From assembly GCA_049523455.1 (NCBI GenBank), contig JBEKMW010000006.1, positions 5,731 to 69,730 of the forward strand: a stretch of DNA of 64,000 nucleotides, written 5' to 3'. The notes under the pieces are model-generated. The model was not told the origin of the DNA and searched no databases. It saw only the letters and a list, made by a program, of their open reading frames with translations. Every line of letters begins with the position of its first letter. The first letter of the stretch is position 1. Positions 61,827 to 64,000 of the stretch are shown here, in pieces. The position numbers and the translations under genes are program-made. The DNA comes from Verrucomicrobiota bacterium. GTDB taxonomy: Bacteria > Verrucomicrobiota > Verrucomicrobiia > Limisphaerales > UBA11358.

Positions 61827-62213
61827 CTACCGTTCGTCGGATTCCTCGTCGGCGGGCGCGCCGGAACGCCAGCGGCCTTTTTGCCAGACATACACGTTGC
61901 CCTGCTGCACCCACTTGCCCGGAAGCCAGATGTCGCCCGGATGCGGCCGTGGCCGCCAATGGCCCTGCACCCAGACCCATTGGCCGCGCCAGGCCCAGTG
62001 GCCGGGAATGAAGTACCATAACGTCCGCGGACCGGGCGGGCTGGGAATCACGTCCTTTTGATTATCCGGCGGCGCCTGGGTTGGCTGGCCGGCATAGGTG
62101 GTGTCCGCGGTCGCAACTTGCGGACCGACGTTGGTTGGCGGAGGCGACGCGCAGCCCGCGATGAGTAGCATGGCGGCGGTTGCGGCCAGCATTTCGATGG
62201 TAATAGGTCGCAT
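61827..62213 (-). CDS. WXXGXW-repeat lipoprotein
   Basis: The ATG at 62213 gives MRPITIEMLAATAAMLLIAGC (lipobox). The C-terminal repeats are HWAWRGQWVWVQGHWRPRPHPGDIWLPGKWV...YVWQKGRW. Confidence 0.7.
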   Translation of the reverse strand: MRPITIEMLAATAAMLLIAGCASPPPTNVGPQVATADTTYAGQPTQAPPDNQKDVIPSPPGPRTLWYFIPGHWAWRGQWVWVQGHWRPRPHPGDIWLPGKWVQQGNVYVWQKGRWRSGAPADEESDER

Positions 62214-62310
62214 ATTATTCCTTAATGCCCCAATATCCGCGCTTTTTCCGAATTTGCAACGGATTAAAAGGCCCGGTATTGGGCCAATATGGTTTGAAAT
62301 TCCGCCTTCA

Positions 62311-62390
62311 GTAGGGTAGGCGAAGTGGGCAGAGGCGGATTGCACTGACTGTAGTTGTCAGTGCCGCATTGACCACTTCGCCTACTCTAC
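62311..62390. repeat. 80-nt nested hairpin element
   Basis: The outer arms GTAGGGTAGGCGAAGTGG (62311-62328) and CCACTTCGCCTACTCTAC (62373-62390) pair over 18 bp with 1 mismatch. The inner arms are GCACTGAC (62342-62349) and GTCAGTGC (62357-62364). Confidence 0.75.
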
Positions 62391-62454
62391 TTCCGGCGGA
62401 CCGCGTAAACGCGGAACTCCAAACGTTTTGCGAAAAGGCGCACCAATAAAAGCT

Positions 62455-62498
62455 GATAGCCACCGGCAGGTTCATGCCGGTGGCTATCTGCCATGCAG
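62455..62498 (-). terminator. Rho-independent terminator after the WXXGXW lipoprotein gene at 62505-62879
   Basis: The minus strand reads GATAGCCACCGGCA-TGAACC-TGCCGGTGGCTATC (14-bp perfect stem) followed by AGCTTTTATT. It starts 7 nt after the stop codon. Confidence 0.65.
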
Positions 62499-62504
62499 AA
62501 AGGT

Positions 62505-62879
62505 TCAACGCCAGTAACCCTCGACCCAAACGCGCCGGTGGCCGTGCCAGCCCCATCCGCCGGCAACCCATATCGCGCCAGGATGTGGACGGTGCGCCCA
62601 GCGGCCGCCGACCCACACCCAGTGTCCACGCCATACCCATGCGCCCGGGACCCAGAACCAAACGGCGTCCGGTCCGGGAGGAGCGGGCTGGACTTCCACC
62701 TGCACCGGCGGCGGAGCCGGCGCCTCCTCCACCACTGCGCTGGGCGGCGGGCCCGGCGGGGGCGCGGCGGTTACGGGCGGGGGTGGCGGCGGGGGTGGCG
62801 GACTTTGGGCCACACAGCCCGCGAGCATCGGCAGGCCGGTGGCGATAATCAAACCTTTCATCAGAACTGATCTTTTCAT
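62505..62879 (-). CDS. WXXGXW-repeat lipoprotein (paralog) with a poly-proline linker
   Basis: MKRSVLMKGLIIATGLPMLAGC carries the lipobox, followed by a PPPPPPPPP linker. The repeats are WFWVPGAWVWRGHWVWVGGRWAHRPHPGAIWVAGGWGW...WVEGYW. Confidence 0.7.
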   Translation of the reverse strand: MKRSVLMKGLIIATGLPMLAGCVAQSPPPPPPPPPVTAAPPPGPPPSAVVEEAPAPPPVQVEVQPAPPGPDAVWFWVPGAWVWRGHWVWVGGRWAHRPHPGAIWVAGGWGWHGHRRVWVEGYWR

Positions 62880-62983
62880 AGTTGTTTCCTCAGACGTTTA
62901 TCTCACAACTACAGTTACAGTAAGTTTCCACGCTCCTTGCACGGTTTTGGCCGGAAACATAATTTTGACCAGTATTATGGTTT

Positions 62984-64000
62984 CTACGCGGCCTCCGCCC
63001 GTCGCACCGGCGCGTGGCGGACGCGTTTGAACAACAGGATGAGCGGCAGGCAGCACAGCACGAGCAGCCCGAAGACGCGGAAGGTGTCCACGAACGCCCA
63101 CAAATGGGCCTGCTGGTTGAGCAGGTTGTAAATCAGCCCGTATGCCTGGCCCGTGGCCGTAACCGGGTCGCTGTGCCGGGCGAGGAACGCCTGGCTGGCG
63201 TGGAGGCGATGCACGAAGACGGGGTCCGACGGCGTCAAATATCCGACCATCAGCGCCTGGTGCGCCTGGGCGCCGCGGGCGACGAGGGTGGTGACCAGCG
63301 CGATGCCGACGCTGCCGCCGAGGTTAAGCACGAGATTGTAAAGGCCCGTGCCGCTCCCGATTTCCTGCTGGCGCAACTGGCTCATCGTCGCCGTCGTCAG
63401 GGGCACGAAGATGAAACTGGTGGCCACGCCGTTCAACACGGTCGGGAAAACAACGCTGGCCATGCTCACCTGGAGATTGATTCCGCTCAAGAGGTATAAC
63501 GACAGGCTCAACAGCGAGAAGCCAATGAACAAGAGCACGCGGGTCCGAATTTTGCCGACGAGGCGTCCGACGAAGAAGGTGGTCAGAAAAGCCGCCACCC
63601 CACGCGGGCTCATGGTTAACCCGCTTTGCAGCGCCGGATAGCCCATCAGCGTTTGCAAGAACAACGGTAACTCGGCCGTGGTGCCGTACAGGATGATGCC
63701 GATGACGGTCATCAACATCAGCCCGGTGGCAAAGTTCCGGCTGCGCAAAATCCGCAGGTTCACCAGCGGATGTTCCACCCGGAATTCCCACACGACGAAT
63801 GAAACGAAGGCGACCAACGAGATGACGACGAACCACCGAATCCACACCGCGCCCAGCCAGTCGGCTTCCTGGCCCTTGTCCAACACGACTTGCAGTGCGG
63901 CCAGCCAGAGGGCGAGCAGGCCAAAGCCGACAAAATCAATCGCCGCCTTCATGTTGCGTTTGATGTAAGGCGGATCCTCGATCAGCCATTGCGCCAGGAA
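62984..64000 (-). CDS. MFS drug-efflux transporter (DHA2/EmrB-like), C-terminal part; the gene continues beyond the right edge
   Basis: The open frame continues upstream of the listed ATG to the window edge (FLAQWLIEDPPYIKRNMKAAIDF...). PLVNLRILRSRNFATG and 8 further helices are typical of 14-TMS DHA2 transporters. Confidence 0.8.
   Translation of the reverse strand, partial: FLAQWLIEDPPYIKRNMKAAIDFVGFGLLALWLAALQVVLDKGQEADWLGAVWIRWFVVISLVAFVSFVVWEFRVEHPLVNLRILRSRNFATGLMLMTVIGIILYGTTAELPLFLQTLMGYPALQSGLTMSPRGVAAFLTTFFVGRLVGKIRTRVLLFIGFSLLSLSLYLLSGINLQVSMASVVFPTVLNGVATSFIFVPLTTATMSQLRQQEIGSGTGLYNLVLNLGGSVGIALVTTLVARGAQAHQALMVGYLTPSDPVFVHRLHASQAFLARHSDPVTATGQAYGLIYNLLNQQAHLWAFVDTFRVFGLLVLCCLPLILLFKRVRHAPVRRAEAA

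Noticed and set aside
1-64000. Search for tRNA, rRNA, tmRNA, RNase P, SRP RNA and riboswitch-like leaders in the intergenic gaps
   Set aside because: I recognised no cloverleaf-compatible or otherwise diagnostic conserved motifs by eye. This is a weak negative, because no covariance-model scan was possible.

Overview
GC-rich bacterial chromosomal window. It is most likely from the PVC superphylum and looks Verrucomicrobiota-like. This is an inference from two H-X9-DG prepilin-type proteins, WXXGXW-repeat lipoproteins and very dense REP/MITE-like intergenic repeats. I saw no rRNA, tRNA or CRISPR array. Housekeeping blocks: obg-rpmA-rplU and fusA-rpsG-rpsL (no tuf) on the minus strand; a Gfo/Idh/MocA oxidoreductase plus lpxB; mreB-mreC-mreD-mrdA-rodA followed by an RNase E/G gene; rmuC and ridA. 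Accessory blocks: (1) an LPS/O-antigen-type glycan locus of about 18 kb (10.4-28.0 kb). It holds an O-antigen-ligase-family protein, a Wzx flippase, six or seven glycosyltransferases, four or five methyltransferases and an embedded S8 peptidase, and four copies of one MITE-like repeat family punctuate it. (2) hpnH-hpnJ hopanoid side-chain radical-SAM genes with a small lipoprotein, near a PmtA-like methyltransferase. (3) Two type II toxin-antitoxin pairs (VapBC-like and Phd/RelE-like). (4) A MoxR(Zn-ribbon)-DUF58-DUF4129 trio. (5) A decaying island of gene remnants: DUF2182 and FkbM mini-ORFs that look like in-frame internal deletions, a DUF899 fragment, a truncated PIN gene and an ORF6N fragment. 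(6) A complete group IIC intron (58001-59876) inserted just after the hairpin of a dispersed palindromic repeat; a related uninterrupted copy of that repeat lies at 14607-14668. (7) Tandem paralog pairs of H-X9-DG pseudopilin-like genes with a conserved sigma54-like -24/-12 element, and of WXXGXW lipoproteins. I did not find a convincing, wholly new multi-gene system. The most unusual signals are the intron/repeat relationship, the repeat-punctuated methylation-rich glycan locus, the word-built hairpins inside essential operons, and the sigma54-like leaders. All homology calls come from reading motifs by eye, because no database search was possible.
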